The position numbers were made by a program, and so were the translations under genes. Positions 47,272 to 59,536 of a stretch of DNA of 64,000 nt are shown here, in pieces. How positions within the stretch are numbered: position 1 is the stretch's first letter; the number at the start of each line of letters is the position of its first letter. Where the stretch lies: contig CM059427.1 in NCBI GenBank assembly GCA_030390025.1, positions 20,150,001 to 20,214,000 of the forward strand. The letters run 5' to 3'. The notes below the pieces were generated by a model. That model was not told the origin of the DNA. It saw only the letters and a program-made list of their open reading frames with translations, and searched no databases. Source of the DNA: Squalus acanthias (Eukaryota).

Positions 47272-48850
47272 GTATAATATACATAGAAGGATTTCATACA
47301 AACTTCATTCCTATATAATCTAATATCACCTTCATCAGATCAGAATGCAAGCATGGTTTTTTTTCATGATCATCTCATAAGTTCTAACCAGAACCCTGCT
47401 GTTGATGATGCTCATAGTGTCATTTATGTTCTTCATACGTATTGCTGGTTGTATGTTATATTGTTTTGTCCTGTTGTGATGTAGAGTAATCATTTATGTA
47501 TCTCATTTGTGTGTATTGTTCATGCTTTTTTGTAGCATTTAGGTAATTGTTTTGCTTTAATAGGTGGGGATTTGATCTGGAACATTTGAATCAGCAGAGG
47601 GTTGATTGTATGTAGTTTGTTATAACACCAATTATGAAAATAATTCAGGGGTTTAATTTTTATAACTTCCAGTGGTTCTCAGTTGAAATTGTTCGATTGC
47701 CAGAGCAGGATTTTAGGATTTGTTAAATATTTGTCAGTTATTTAAAGAAAGCAGTCCATCATTTTGTAAGCAAACAATCAGTAGTTTAATTTGAGTGTTT
47801 ACTGTTTCCCACAGCAAGAGTTGTTTTTATTTATTCATTTGTAACCTAAGTTGTCAGTTTAATCATTTGGATAAGGAATATCTTCCACCAGCAAATAAAA
47901 TTCCAGGAGCCAAGTTCAAACAAAATGGTGACTCCTCATGGTTCAGTGAGTAAGTGGGATTGAGTTGTGCTGATCGGAATGGCCCAACTTCAGCCCCAGG
48001 ATTAGTTAGATGATTTAGTGGCAGTGGAGCTAAACAATGCCACAATTCTTCTTAGCATCCCCAGTTTAGGGAAGAGGAGGAAACTCCTGATTATCTTCTG
48101 GAATCAGGTTTGACTCTAATGGCCCCGAGACCAAGCCGCCACCTGAGGGAAAAGGCCCAAGCATGATTGTTGGTTGAGAATAGGAATTTCTCTGCTGCTG
48201 CTTGGCTGGATAAGAGCAAGTGATACTGCATTGTCATCAGGATTTTCATTGTCAGTCCATCAGGCACTAGTAACCAAATCTTCTGATTGACCTAGGGTTA
48301 AAATATAGCTGTGAAGGCAACCACTAGCAAATAACTGGTAGTGCAATGCAACGCCAGGTTGTCAGGTTCAAGAGGTTAGGGAGTGCATGACTGAAAGCGT
48401 TAGGTAGAAGGAGAAGAGGAAGGGAAGATGCCAACAAACCATGCTATGCCAGGCCATCAGCCTTGCCATCTCCGATGCTGTCTGCTGTGCGTCTTCATAT
48501 GATGTTGATGGCGGCTTCTTCCAAAGAGGTGACTGATGGTCCTACCAGGCTACTTGTATCCCTCCTGTTGTGAGCCAAATTCTGCTGCAAGAAGAGTGGA
48601 AGTGAGCTAATATGTGCTCTGAGTCAGCTGACCATCATGTGCATGATGGCAGGAAGAAGTGGCAAGCATGGTCAAGGAGGAGAAGTAGTTGTGAGGGCAG
48701 CAGCATGATTTTCCAGGTGTGAGTGTCGCAGAAAGGAGGTGAAGTAAAGTCTTCCCTGCTGACTTATGGACAGCCATGGCAAGTGGAGAAGGGAAGGATA
48801 GAGTCCTACAGAACCGTGCAGAAAGTATTTGATGTGAAGTGGAGTCTTAC

Positions 48851-49006
48851 CTTGGCAATCTGAGTGAGATGATTAAATTTACTTCTGCTTTGCAACCAGG
48901 TCCTAGCAATAATGCTTCGTGCACTCATATATTGTACCACCTCTCACCATGCCCGTTCACCAATTTGCCTTGGCACCAGCCAACCATTAAAGGGGAAGAG
49001 GGCCTC
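48851..49006 (-). mobile_element. Decayed Harbinger transposon Myb/SANT-like ORF exon remnant
   Basis: Minus strand EALFPFNGWLVPRQIGERAW*EVVQYMSARSIIARTWLQSRSKFNHLTQIAK|gtaaga. Confidence 0.7.
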
Positions 49007-49447
49007 CTTTCAATTTTGAACGCTTCTTGTCCACAGACATCTTCTTGCAGCTCCACAGTGTTGCTTCCTTGCTTTGGTCAAAAAAAATGCACCTCCCCAG
49101 TAAGCCTTTAAGAACCTGCAGCAGCACCTGATTGCCCACCTTCTAATCAACAAGCTGCCTATGGTGAGCGCATTTCATGCTAGCGTTTAAATCACTCATG
49201 CAACTTAAGGATGATCTGGAAATTGGGAGGGATTCCCCCACTAACTCGTCCAGATGGCTGTGGCTTTCACCGCACGCACCTCCTGATGAGAGACCAAAAT
49301 CGACTCCAATGTCTCTAGTAGTTGAGTGCAGTTAAGCAGCTATCATAATGCAGTTTCATTATCTCTCTGATCCTTGGTTGAATGATAAATCAGACAGTGA
49401 TGTACATTTTTGAAGTACATATTTTAAAACCATGCTGTTTTTTAAAG

Positions 49448-49531
49448 TGCCAGAGGTTCCAAAGAAGCCAATTGTTGAAGAAGTAAAAACAGCTATTGTG
49501 CCAAGAAAAGAAAAGGTTGCTCCAACAAAAG
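49448..49531 (+). CDS. TTN: Titin PEVK exon P8 (84 nt)
   Basis: VPEVPKKPIVEEVKTAIVPRKEKVAPTK. Confidence 0.93.
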
Positions 49532-50467
49532 GTACAAGATTACTCAGAGACTCTTATACCAACATTATCTTTACATAATGCAACATTTTGTTGTTTCCAT
49601 TACAATGAAAATAATAGTTACTTTTCATGCTTGACTCTTCAGTCTGAATCAAAACCTCTTTTTGAGGTTTATACCAGTGTAATTTCTTTTTCTGTATTTA
49701 TTCATGGATTTGTACTGTTCCGTCGCAATGTAGTGAAGTTATAGCGTATATGTTGCTTTTGTTGTTTAGGTTACTCATGCTCTTTGATTTAAACAAATTG
49801 CAATTTAATATTTTTATTAGCATGCTTAGATGGAAACATTATTTTGAACATTTGGATGTATGCAGAAGTTAATATTATCTATTTGAAAACAGGTCCACTT
49901 TTTAAAACAATTTTAAAATCAATTATTATATTGCAGCTTGGATCATTTGATTTGAAAAATATAAATAAACAGTGAAATGAAATTGTTTAATTTATAAAGA
50001 TAGTAAATAATTATTTTAATATTATTGCATCAATGCAATTGGATCTCCATTATTACCAGTCATGTTATTTTAACCCTACTGTTAGGTCCCTGTCACATTT
50101 CAGGATTTTTTGGCCATTTTTCCACAAAAGGTTTTTAGAAAAAAAAAGCTGCGTTTAATGTTAGGCTTGTAAAAATAAATAATGTATTCAGGCAATTTTT
50201 TTTTAAAGGCTGGAATAAAAGATAGTTACGATGCTAATGAGCTAGTTTAGGTATTGTTTCCCCATATACTGCAAATAATAAAGTTATCGCTTCATATCTG
50301 TCCTTGTCTCGCCAAGTGTTTGTTTGGTCCACCTTTGGAGAGATTGAAACAGTATACATGCAAAAGTTATCTTGTTGATTTAGTGTTTATTTGTCGTTAC
50401 AAGAGAAAAGTCAGCATTGTCCATTGTGTGTTTCATGTCATAATTTGTTGCTTAAATTTCTTCAAAG

Positions 50468-50548
50468 TGCCAGAGGTCCCTAAGAAACCTATTCCTGAGG
50501 AAGTTAAAACAATTACTGTGCCAAGAGAAGAGATTGTTCCAGCTAAAG
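50468..50548 (+). CDS. TTN: Titin PEVK exon P9 (81 nt)
   Basis: VPEVPKKPIPEEVKTITVPREEIVPAK. Confidence 0.93.
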
Positions 50549-50720
50549 GTAAAAATGAATACACAGAAGATTTTATAACAACATTCTTCATACATTGTGT
50601 GGTCTCTTGTGCTCACTATTGTGGCCATTTTCAAATCTTGCTTCTTATTCAAATGCTACTTGCATTCTCCATGCTTGTGTCTTTATGCTGTTCAGTTACA
50701 CTGTTGCAACCTCATATATT

Positions 50721-51476
50721 GGCCCAAATCTTGCTAGAGCGGGGCATCTTGCGGCATGCGGCATGAGTTAGATTTTTTCCTACACTCATCAGCTCAAAAT
50801 TATTTTGCTCTAGAAGTTGCTGGAAGAGCTGATAATGGTGTGATACGGGCAATGGGGCATCTGGGACTTTAGTGAACAATGGGAACAACAGTCTGTCTCC
50901 TTAACCAATGAGATTTAAGGAATGAGAAAGAAACAGAGGAACAAGGGAGAAGGAGGGTGAATTAGAGTGGGTGAATTGGAATCAAATCAGGTACCGAAAG
51001 AGAAATAAAGAGAGAGAAAGAATGATTGGATTAAGAGAGGGATAAAAGAGACAGAAAGGAAAAGTAAGAAAAATATTTTAAAATTAAAAATGTTTTAAAT
51101 CTCTAAGAAGAATTTACTACATGCAGGAATGAGACTCAACAGTTTAAATTGTTCCCTTTCTGGGCTGGAGAGGTTGATTGGTATTGCATTAACAATTATC
51201 ACATCATTAAAAGGGTACTTACGCTGTTAAGTACCAGCCCTAACTTTCTGTGCTGAGTTTAATTCGAGTTTAATGTGCAAATTCAGCAAGTTCTTAAGAA
51301 TATCAAGGAGGCTGAGGCATGATGCCATTTACGCGAGCAACATAAAATAACCAGCAAGTTATGGCAATTCGTAACTCACGTCATATCTATTTTTCGTCTG
51401 AACTTGCTAGCTGATTTCGCATTAATAACAGCATTCGTCATGAACTAACAGTTATTTTTCCAGGAAGATTTGAGGC
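50721..51476. mobile_element. Degenerate Harbinger-like MITE (family 4)
   Basis: Imperfect TIRs GGCCCAAATCTTGC / GGAAGATTTGAGGC; flanks ATT/AAT. Confidence 0.65.
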
Positions 51477-51615
51477 AATACGCTTTGAACTTTTCTGTAT
51501 TGTTCATACTGTCATAGCAGTAGCTATACATGTTGAAAATATCTAAATACCTTTATGATAATATGTCAAATAATGTGAATTTGATCATGAACCTTCACAT
51601 TTATACAGATATTTA

Positions 51616-52049
51616 ATAGAAATAGAAACATAGACATAGAAACATAGAATCTAGGAGCAGGAGTAGACCATTCGGCCCGTCGAGCCTGCTCCACCATTCA
51701 ATACGATCATGGCTGATCATCCAAATCCAGTACCCTGTCCCTGCTTTAATCCCCACAGTACACATATCCCACCCTACCCCCGTAACCCCACGTATTTAAT
51801 TCCCCCTAACATATCCCATCCTATCCCCATAACCCCACATATTTAATCCCCCCCTAACACTAAGGGTCAATTTATCATAGCCAAATCAACCTAACCCGCA
51901 CATTTTTGGACTGTGGGAGGAAACTGGAGCACCCGGAGGAAACCCACGCAGACACGGGGAGAATGTGCAAACTCCACACAGACAGATTCGAACCCGGGTC
52001 CCTGGCGCTGTGAGACACCAGTGCTAACCACTATGCCACCGTGTTGCCC
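51616..52049 (-). mobile_element. HE1-like V-SINE with CR1-derived 3' tail
   Basis: Minus-strand tRNA head (GTGGCATAGTGGTTAGCAC...GGTTCGAATC), V-domain (GTGTGGAGTTTGCACATTCTCCCCGTGTCTGCGTGGGTTTCC), tail matching the LINE at 20075. Confidence 0.88.
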
Positions 52050-52246
52050 ACAAATGCTATCTAGTTGAATATAAAAACCAATAGAAATACCATGATTCTT
52101 AAAACAACCTATTTAGAATCTCATTTATGTTAGTTACTTTTGTTATGTATGTTTCATGTTATCTATTTTTGTTTTAAACATCTTCAAAGCTATGTAAATA
52201 TTCTTGGCTGAAGCGTGATGGTAAAAAATAATAATATTCTTTCAAG

Positions 52247-52330
52247 TTCTGGAAATCCCTAAGAAGCCAATTGCTGAAGAAGTGAAACCAATTACCGTCA
52301 AAAGAAAAGAAGAGGTCATTCCAACTCCAG
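52247..52330 (+). CDS. TTN: Titin PEVK exon P10 (84 nt)
   Basis: VLEIPKKPIAEEVKPITVKRKEEVIPTP. Confidence 0.9.
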
Positions 52331-53596
52331 GTATAAAAACACAGAAGGTGTCAACTAAATTTATTCTTATATAGGGAGCATCCTATTCTTTCCATTAAGG
52401 TGGAAATGATACCTACCTTTTATGGTCATCACTATAAAGCCTTTCCCAGACCCTGCTTTTGCTGCTGCTTATTAAAATAGTATTTATCTTCTCGGTTTAA
52501 ATTAAATTCTGGTGTTCTGTCATATGTTCATGGTGTCCTAACTGATGTTCTAAAATGCAGGAAAACATAATCTTTATGTGATAACATGTTAACAAATAAA
52601 TGGGTACTTGATTTTGAATATTCACATTTACAAAATACTGAGGTTCCTGCTGTTTAATTCATACTACTAAAAATAATATGAATAATTTATCAGTGATTAT
52701 ATGCTGACTTGTGTCATTGCATTTGGACAAGTGTGAAGAAAATTAATTTTAATGAAAAACTTACTTAGTTTGTAAAGACCATCATGCTTTTTTCAAAAAA
52801 AATATTGGCACACATATTTTATTGTAAAATATTCCATCAAGTTACTAACTTAGAAGTTGCTAATATATTTAAACATTTTAATCTGACATGGTAAAGATTT
52901 AGTAGAGGAGTGAATGAAAAACATATGGGTAATTATCTGCAGAAAGATAAAAATGAAACCTATGGGTCCAGATCTAAGTATGTTGTGTTATGAATGAGAC
53001 CTCAACAATCACCTGAGCAAAAAAAAAATTCAAAAATACACAGATTAGAAGTAACCAACTAAAAAATATAATATAGAATTCTGACTTGTAAGCAAATGAG
53101 TCCTTCTACTCTGCCCAATAATGCTTCTTAGCTTTAACCTCAGATGAGCATCTTCCATTACTTACACCAGCAATCCAGTCCTGGATTAAGATTGACAATT
53201 TAATGCAAAATTAGAGGCATTTTTATGCTTTGAGCCCATATCCACTATGAACTGCATTAAGACTTTTTCAATTGATTTCGCATATCCTTTACAACCAGCA
53301 ACATCCCATTAGTCTACACTGGATTTCAACTCAGATCCCAAAGATCAAAGGACTGTATCTAACACACTGCACCATTTGGTCATGAACTCTAAACATATGC
53401 TTTTATTTTGCATACACATCCATACCTACCTCTTTAGTGTGTTATTATGGAAGTATTTTATTTCTGTATCTTATACATCTCATGTTGTCTTAATTTGTCT
53501 CTTGCAAGTTCCATGTTATCTTGATCTGTTTAAATATTATCCAAGTTATGTGTATATTCTTGAATGAATCTCATCTTAAATTAATGTTCTTTAAAG

Positions 53597-53677
53597 TGCC
53601 AGAAATCATTAAGAAGACCATTCCTGAAGAAGATAAACCAGTTACTGTTCCAAAAAAAGATATTATACCAACTAAAG
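53597..53677 (+). CDS. TTN: Titin PEVK exon P11 (81 nt)
   Basis: VPEIIKKTIPEEDKPVTVPKKDIIPTK. Confidence 0.92.
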
Positions 53678-54390
53678 GTATAAAAAGCTTTTTTTTAAAT
53701 CATCTAACTCTTGTATAACTATTGTGTCCTGTCTTCAGTTATGATCATTGTTACCTTTCATTGTCATCTGCTAAGTTATAATCCGTGTTTTCTTCTGGTG
53801 CTTCTTGTTATTTAAATGCAAATTGGCTTCTTTATATTTGTCAATATGTGTTATTCTGTTAAAGTACTGTGCCACCATGGTTTTTGTTTAAAATCTGTGT
53901 GAATTTGTCATAAACAGTAGCTCTAACAGATATAAAATATTTGTGTAATGTGGACTTTGGACTGTGATCTTGAAAATTCAGATTTTTACTGAACTTAAAC
54001 ATAAAACCAATAGAAATAAATATGAATTTTAATGTGTTATTATTGCATGATAATTTGGATCACATCTTTTGGGAAAAATAAATAAGATGAAAACTTGGCT
54101 TTAATTATGATGTCGGTAAGGAATTTAAATGTTTCTTGTTATTATGGTGCCAAATATATTCTGTCAACAAACCCATTGCTACCAGATACTATTTAATTGA
54201 TTAATGACAGTAATACACAAGTGACAGTAATTTTGATTTCATAATTGTCTTTTGATTAGAAGAGAAAATGTCTTGTGTTAGTTTCATCTGTGACATATGT
54301 TTCATGCCTTAAGTTGTTTTTAAGTATCTTCATTGTCATGTATTATACATTCTTGAATGAATCTGATCTTAAACAATATTCCCTTTAAAG

Positions 54391-54480
54391 TACCAGAGAT
54401 TCGTAAGAAGCCAGTTGTTGAAGAAGTGAAACCAAAACCAGGCACTATTCCAGAAAAGGAAGAGATTACTCCAGCTAGAG
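54391..54480 (+). CDS. TTN: Titin PEVK exon P12 (90 nt)
   Basis: VPEIRKKPVVEEVKPKPGTIPEKEEITPAR. Confidence 0.92.
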
Positions 54481-54758
54481 GTAGAAATATACACAGGATA
54501 TTTTGTACTTGCTTTATTCTTATATGACATGACAACATGTTGCCATTATAATGAAAACAATTTCTGCTTTTCATGGTCATCTCTTGAACCTCAGGCTTGC
54601 TTTGGTGCTGCTTGTTCTCTAGATATAGTCTGTCTACTTTCTGTTTTTATATGAGTGTGTGATGTTCTGTTGAAGTGTTGTATATTCATGCTTTGTGTTA
54701 TATATCAACCATGTTGAGAAAATTTTTTGAATGACTTAAAAGGAAATTTAAACTTAAA

Positions 54759-54857
54759 TACAAAAGCAAAATACTGCGGATGCTGGAAATCTGAAATAAA
54801 AACAGAAAATGCTGGAAATACTCAGCAGGTCAGGCAGCATCTGTGGAGAGAGAAACT
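54759..54857. mobile_element. Fragment of an abundant elasmobranch interspersed repeat (possibly Penelope-associated)
   Basis: AAAAGCAAAATACTGCGGATGCTGGAAATCTGAAATAAAAACAGAAAATGCTGG... recognised from memory as a common shark repeat; class uncertain. Confidence 0.55.
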
Positions 54858-55402
54858 TTTCAGAAGTCAGAACAAATAAACTTGAATATTTGCATTTATG
54901 CAGAAACTAATATTTATACTGAATGCTAATTCAGTTAGTGATATATGCCAATTTAGAGTATTTATTTTGAAAATTTAAATAAAATTATTGGCGAATAAAA
55001 ATAATTAATTTGTGAGCCTATAACACATCCTTTAATTTTATTTTGTTGACTAAAATAATATTGAAGCATATTTTTCTCTGTTTGTAATGTTAAAGAAAAC
55101 TATATAAAGTGATGACAGTTTAGTACAGGATTTTTTTTAACTATACAGAGGAAACTAGGTCCAATTATATCAATGCAAAACTTCTTCATCATCAGTTAAT
55201 GTCCAGTTGCTTCAATAGAGCACATGTTTATACAAGTCATTCTTTTTCTGATTTAAAAATCATGCATTGGCAAATGTAAATGCAATCCGATATTAATATC
55301 TCTTGTCATATGTGTTTTATGTTGTCTATTTTTTAAACGCCTTTAGAGTTATGTACATTTCATTGAGTTAATTTGCTCTTAATACCTCAATGTTCTTTAA
55401 AG

Positions 55403-55495
55403 TGCCAAAGGTTCCTAAGAAGCCTCTGGCTGAAGAAGTGAAACCAGTCCCTCTTTCAAGAAAAGAGGCAGTCACGCCAGTCACGCCAGTCAAAG
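55403..55495 (+). CDS. TTN: Titin PEVK exon P13 (93 nt)
   Basis: VPKVPKKPLAEEVKPVPLSRKEAVTPVTPVK. Confidence 0.92.
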
Positions 55496-56090
55496 GTATA
55501 AAATAAACACAATATCCAGTGTTAAATGTTATATGTTATATTTGTCTGATTTTTTTGCCATTATCTTTTGTGTATTTGTCTGTTTTTCATCATAAAGTCT
55601 TTTTTGATATTAAAGCAAAACAAGGGTTTAAAATTAATTTATAACAGCATGAGAACTAAATGGCAGTTTGACCTTAAACACATAAAGTTGTGCAGATGTT
55701 AGTGCTATTTAATTTGGCCCAATCTGAGTATTTGTTAGACCAGTGATTTCATGTAGAATTGGATAAACTTAATTGGGAAGTATGATTGAAAATATTTAAA
55801 CTAATTTGTAAAGTTGAAAATAATTAAATTAATTTGTAAAGATAATTATTTAAAAAAAATTATGTTAGCAAAGATGCCAGTCTAGCATTACATAAATAAT
55901 CCTATTATTACCAATTATAGATCAAATGCAACTAATTATGTATCTAAGCACTCTGTCTAATTTAATAGTTGCATTGCTCATTCATATCTTCATCCTATTG
56001 TTTCAATCTGTTATGTTGGTTCATCTGGTCTCAATTAATGTAATATCATTAAAGTTATTTGAGTTAATAAAACAATAATGTTCTTTGAAG

Positions 56091-56174
56091 TGCCCGAGGT
56101 TTCTAAGAAGGCGTCTGCTGAAGAAATTAAACTAGTTACTGTTCCAAGAAAAGAGGAAGCCCCTCCAGCTAAAG
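56091..56174 (+). CDS. TTN: Titin PEVK exon P14 (84 nt)
   Basis: VPEVSKKASAEEIKLVTVPRKEEAPPAK. Confidence 0.92.
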
Positions 56175-56900
56175 GTACAAATACAATAGAAAGATTTATG
56201 ATAGCTTAATTTGCAAATAATGTGGCATTATCTTCACATTATTAGAATAAAAACAGCTTCTACTTTTCATGGTCATCTCTCAAACCCTTTCAAACCCTAT
56301 CCAGAATATGGAATTGATCATCTCTATGTTTATTTGTCAATCTATTTGCTTTGTTACAACATAGTTACCTGTATGTATTGTTCATGTAGTACTAGCTCTA
56401 ACATGTAGGGAAACCAATTTCTTTTTTTTGCTAATTTGAAGTCAATTAAATTGGAAAATGATCCTAGACATTTCAATTTGTGCAGACAGTATTAAGGAAG
56501 ATTTCCACCATTTGCGTATCAAGAGCATATTTTCAATTAATGTAAAAACCTTCCCTCGATGTTTAAGTTAATTCAAAGCCAGTAGCAATTGTATGTATTG
56601 ATTAGTTATTACAAGGTAAATTGGATCATTATATTTGGAAAAGTTTGAACAAAATTGCTTTATTTTTGTAAAGACAGTAGAATGTGTTAAATAAATGGGT
56701 AAATATATATTCTATCAGTGCATAAAGATCATTTTCCTCTTGAGATATTTGTTATGTTTATTCACAGAAAAATATCATCTTGAGCTAGTTTGTCTGCCAT
56801 ATTTGTTTCATGTTTTCTTGACCTCTTATTTATATGTCTTCAAATTTTTATATATGTTCTTTGAGTGAATTTTATCTTAAAAGAATTATGTCATTTAAAG

Positions 56901-56984
56901 TGCCAGAGGTTCCTAAGACGCTGGTAAAACCAGAAGAAAAGCCATCCATTGTTCCAAGAAGAGATGAAGTTGCACCCACTAAAG
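56901..56984 (+). CDS. TTN: Titin PEVK exon P15 (84 nt)
   Basis: VPEVPKTLVKPEEKPSIVPRRDEVAPTK. Confidence 0.92.
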
Positions 56985-57213
56985 GTACAAAAATGCAAAG
57001 ATACTCCTAGCGACGTGTTTACACCATTAGAATGAAAACAGTTATTACTTTTCCTGGGCACATACTATTCTTATTCAGAACTCTGTTTCTGCTCCTTCTT
57101 GTTATTCTAATGGAATTCATTGACTCCTTATCAATTTATCAACACATCTGTTACAATGTTGTGATACTGTAGTTTATGTTTTATATCTGTGTGTGTTGTA
57201 GTCGTTGTAATGT

Positions 57214-57633
57214 ACATAAAACAGGCCAATCAGTCCAACATGTCAATGGCGGTTTTTATGCTCCACACGAGCCTCCTCCCACCTTACTTCATCTCACCTT
57301 ATCAACATATCCTTCTATTCCTTTCTCCCTCATGTACTTATCTAGCATCTGCTTAATAGCATCTATGCTAATCACCTCAGCTATTCCATGCAGTAGCGAG
57401 TTCTACATTCTCATCACTCTCTGAGTAAAGAAGTTCCTTCTGAATTCCTTATTGGATTTATTAGTGACTATCTTATATTTATGGTCCCTAGTTTTAGGGC
57501 TCCCCCACAAGTGAAAACATCTTCTCTACGTCTACCCTGTCAAACCCCTTCATAATTTAAAGACCTTGATCAGGTCACCTCTCAGTCTTCTATTGTCTGG
57601 AGAAAAGAGCCCCAGCCTGTTCAGTCTTTCCTG
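57214..57633 (-). mobile_element. CR1 LINE 3' fragment (same subfamily as 30912-31557)
   Basis: Reverse complement of the GGGAGGAGGCTCGTGTGGAGCATAAA 3' UTR and the LFS..RRL coding end. Confidence 0.82.
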
Positions 57634-57939
57634 CATATAGTTTTACATTTTTATAATACAAACAATTAAATCATAATATTATTTTGAAGATTTGATTTTA
57701 TACAGAAGTGCAATGTCTCAGTGAGTACCAACTCACAATAAATAACATTTTAATCAATTATATTAATCATTATATTTGGAAAAAGTCTGGTAAATTATTA
57801 TTGGAAAAAAGCATTCTATTTCCAAAGTTTGTCTGCCATATTTGTTTCATGTTTTCTTGACCTCTTATTTATATGTCTTCAAATTTTTATATATGTTCTT
57901 TGAGTGAATCGTATCTTAAAAGAATTATGTCATTTAAAG

Positions 57940-58023
57940 TGCCAGAGGTTCCTAAGAAGCTAGTAAAACCAGAAGAAAAGCCATCCATTGTTCCAAAAAG
58001 AGATGAAGTTGCACCCGCTAAAG
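57940..58023 (+). CDS. TTN: Titin PEVK exon P16 (84 nt)
   Basis: VPEVPKKLVKPEEKPSIVPKRDEVAPAK. Confidence 0.92.
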
Positions 58024-58252
58024 GTACAAAAATGCAAAGATACTCCTAGCGACGTGTTTACACCATTAGAATGAAAACAGTTATTACTTTTCCTGGGCAC
58101 ATACTATTCTTATTCAGAACTCTGTTTCTGCTCCTTCTTGTTATTCTAATGGAATTCATTGACTCCTTATCAATTTATCCACGCATCTGTTACAATGTTG
58201 TGATACTGTAGTTTACGTTTTATATCTGTGTGTGTTGTAGTCGTTGTAACGT

Positions 58253-58672
58253 ACATAAAACAGGCCAATCAGTCCAACATATCAATGGCGGTTTTTATGC
58301 TCCGCACGAGCCTCCTCCCACCTTACTTCATCTCACCTTATCAACATATCCTTCTATTCCTTTCTCCCTCATGTACTTATCTAGCATCTGCTTAATAGCA
58401 TCTATGCTAATCACCTCAGCTATTCCATGCAGTAGCGAGTTCTACATTCTCATCACTCTCTGAGTAAAGAAGTTCCTTCTGAATTCCTTATTGGATTTAT
58501 TAGTGACTATCTTATATTTATGGTCCCTAGTTTTAGGGCTCCCCCACAAGTGAAAACATCTTCTCTACTTCTACTCTGTCAAACCCCTTCATAATTTAAA
58601 GACCTTGATCAGGTCACCTCTCAGTCTTCTATTGTCTGGAGAAAAGAGCCCCAGCCTGTTCAGTCTTTCCTG
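58253..58672 (-). mobile_element. CR1 LINE 3' fragment (duplicate of 57214-57633)
   Basis: Same boundaries and flanks within the tandem duplication. Confidence 0.82.
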
Positions 58673-59148
58673 CATATAGTTTTACATTTTTATAATACAA
58701 AATTAAATCATAATATTATTTTGAAGATTTGATTTTATACAGAAGTGCAATGTCTCGATGAGTACCAACCCACAATAAATAACATTTTAATCAATTATAT
58801 TAATCAATATATTTGGAAAAAGTCTGGTAAATTATTATTGGAAAAAAGCATTTTATTTCCAAAGGCATTGAAATTTTTAAAAGTTACATTGGCAAATTCA
58901 TATTCTATTAGTTCATAGAGATGCTTGTTATTGGCAATCACTGAGCAAATGAATAGTGACAGTAGAGTATCTTAACACATAATTGTCCTTTTCGATTAAT
59001 GTCTGTGTGTTCCTATGAGATAAATATCCTTTTGAGTTAGTTTTGTTGTGACGTGTATTTCATGTAGTGTTAACGTATTATTTAAATATCTTCAATAAAG
59101 TACATTTTCTTGGATTGATTTCATCTTAAAAAACAATGTTCATTAAAG

Positions 59149-59235
59149 TGCCAGAGGTTCCCAAGAAGCCAGAAATACCAGAAGACGTTAAGCCAGTTGC
59201 CATTACAAGAAAAAAGGAAGTCATCTCAACAAAAG
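59149..59235 (+). CDS. TTN: Titin PEVK exon P17 (87 nt)
   Basis: VPEVPKKPEIPEDVKPVAITRKKEVISTK. Confidence 0.92.
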
Positions 59236-59536
59236 GTACACATGTATACAGAAACATTGCATACACTCTTATTTCTACATTTTATAGCTGTCTTGTTATA
59301 CTATTATATGAAATTAGTGTCTGTCTGTCATGTCTTCTCCTTTACCAAAGCCAAAACACTTATTTTGGCTAATTTCCGTTAGATTACTGGAGTTTGTCTT
59401 GCCTTTTATTTGTGAATTTGTTTTCACGGTCTTCATGTAAATCATACCTACACTATGCTTGTGGTGCTAGTTTTTCATGTGTAATTTGGCTTCCCAAATT
59501 TCATTTATGAATTTGTGTTCTGTTACAGGTAACATT

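Larger units (their letters stand above)
56787..58864 (+). repeat. Tandem duplication, period 1039 bp (PEVK exon plus CR1 fragment)
   Basis: 56787-57827 repeated at 57826-58864, roughly 98% identical by eye; AG microhomology at the junction. Confidence 0.95.
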
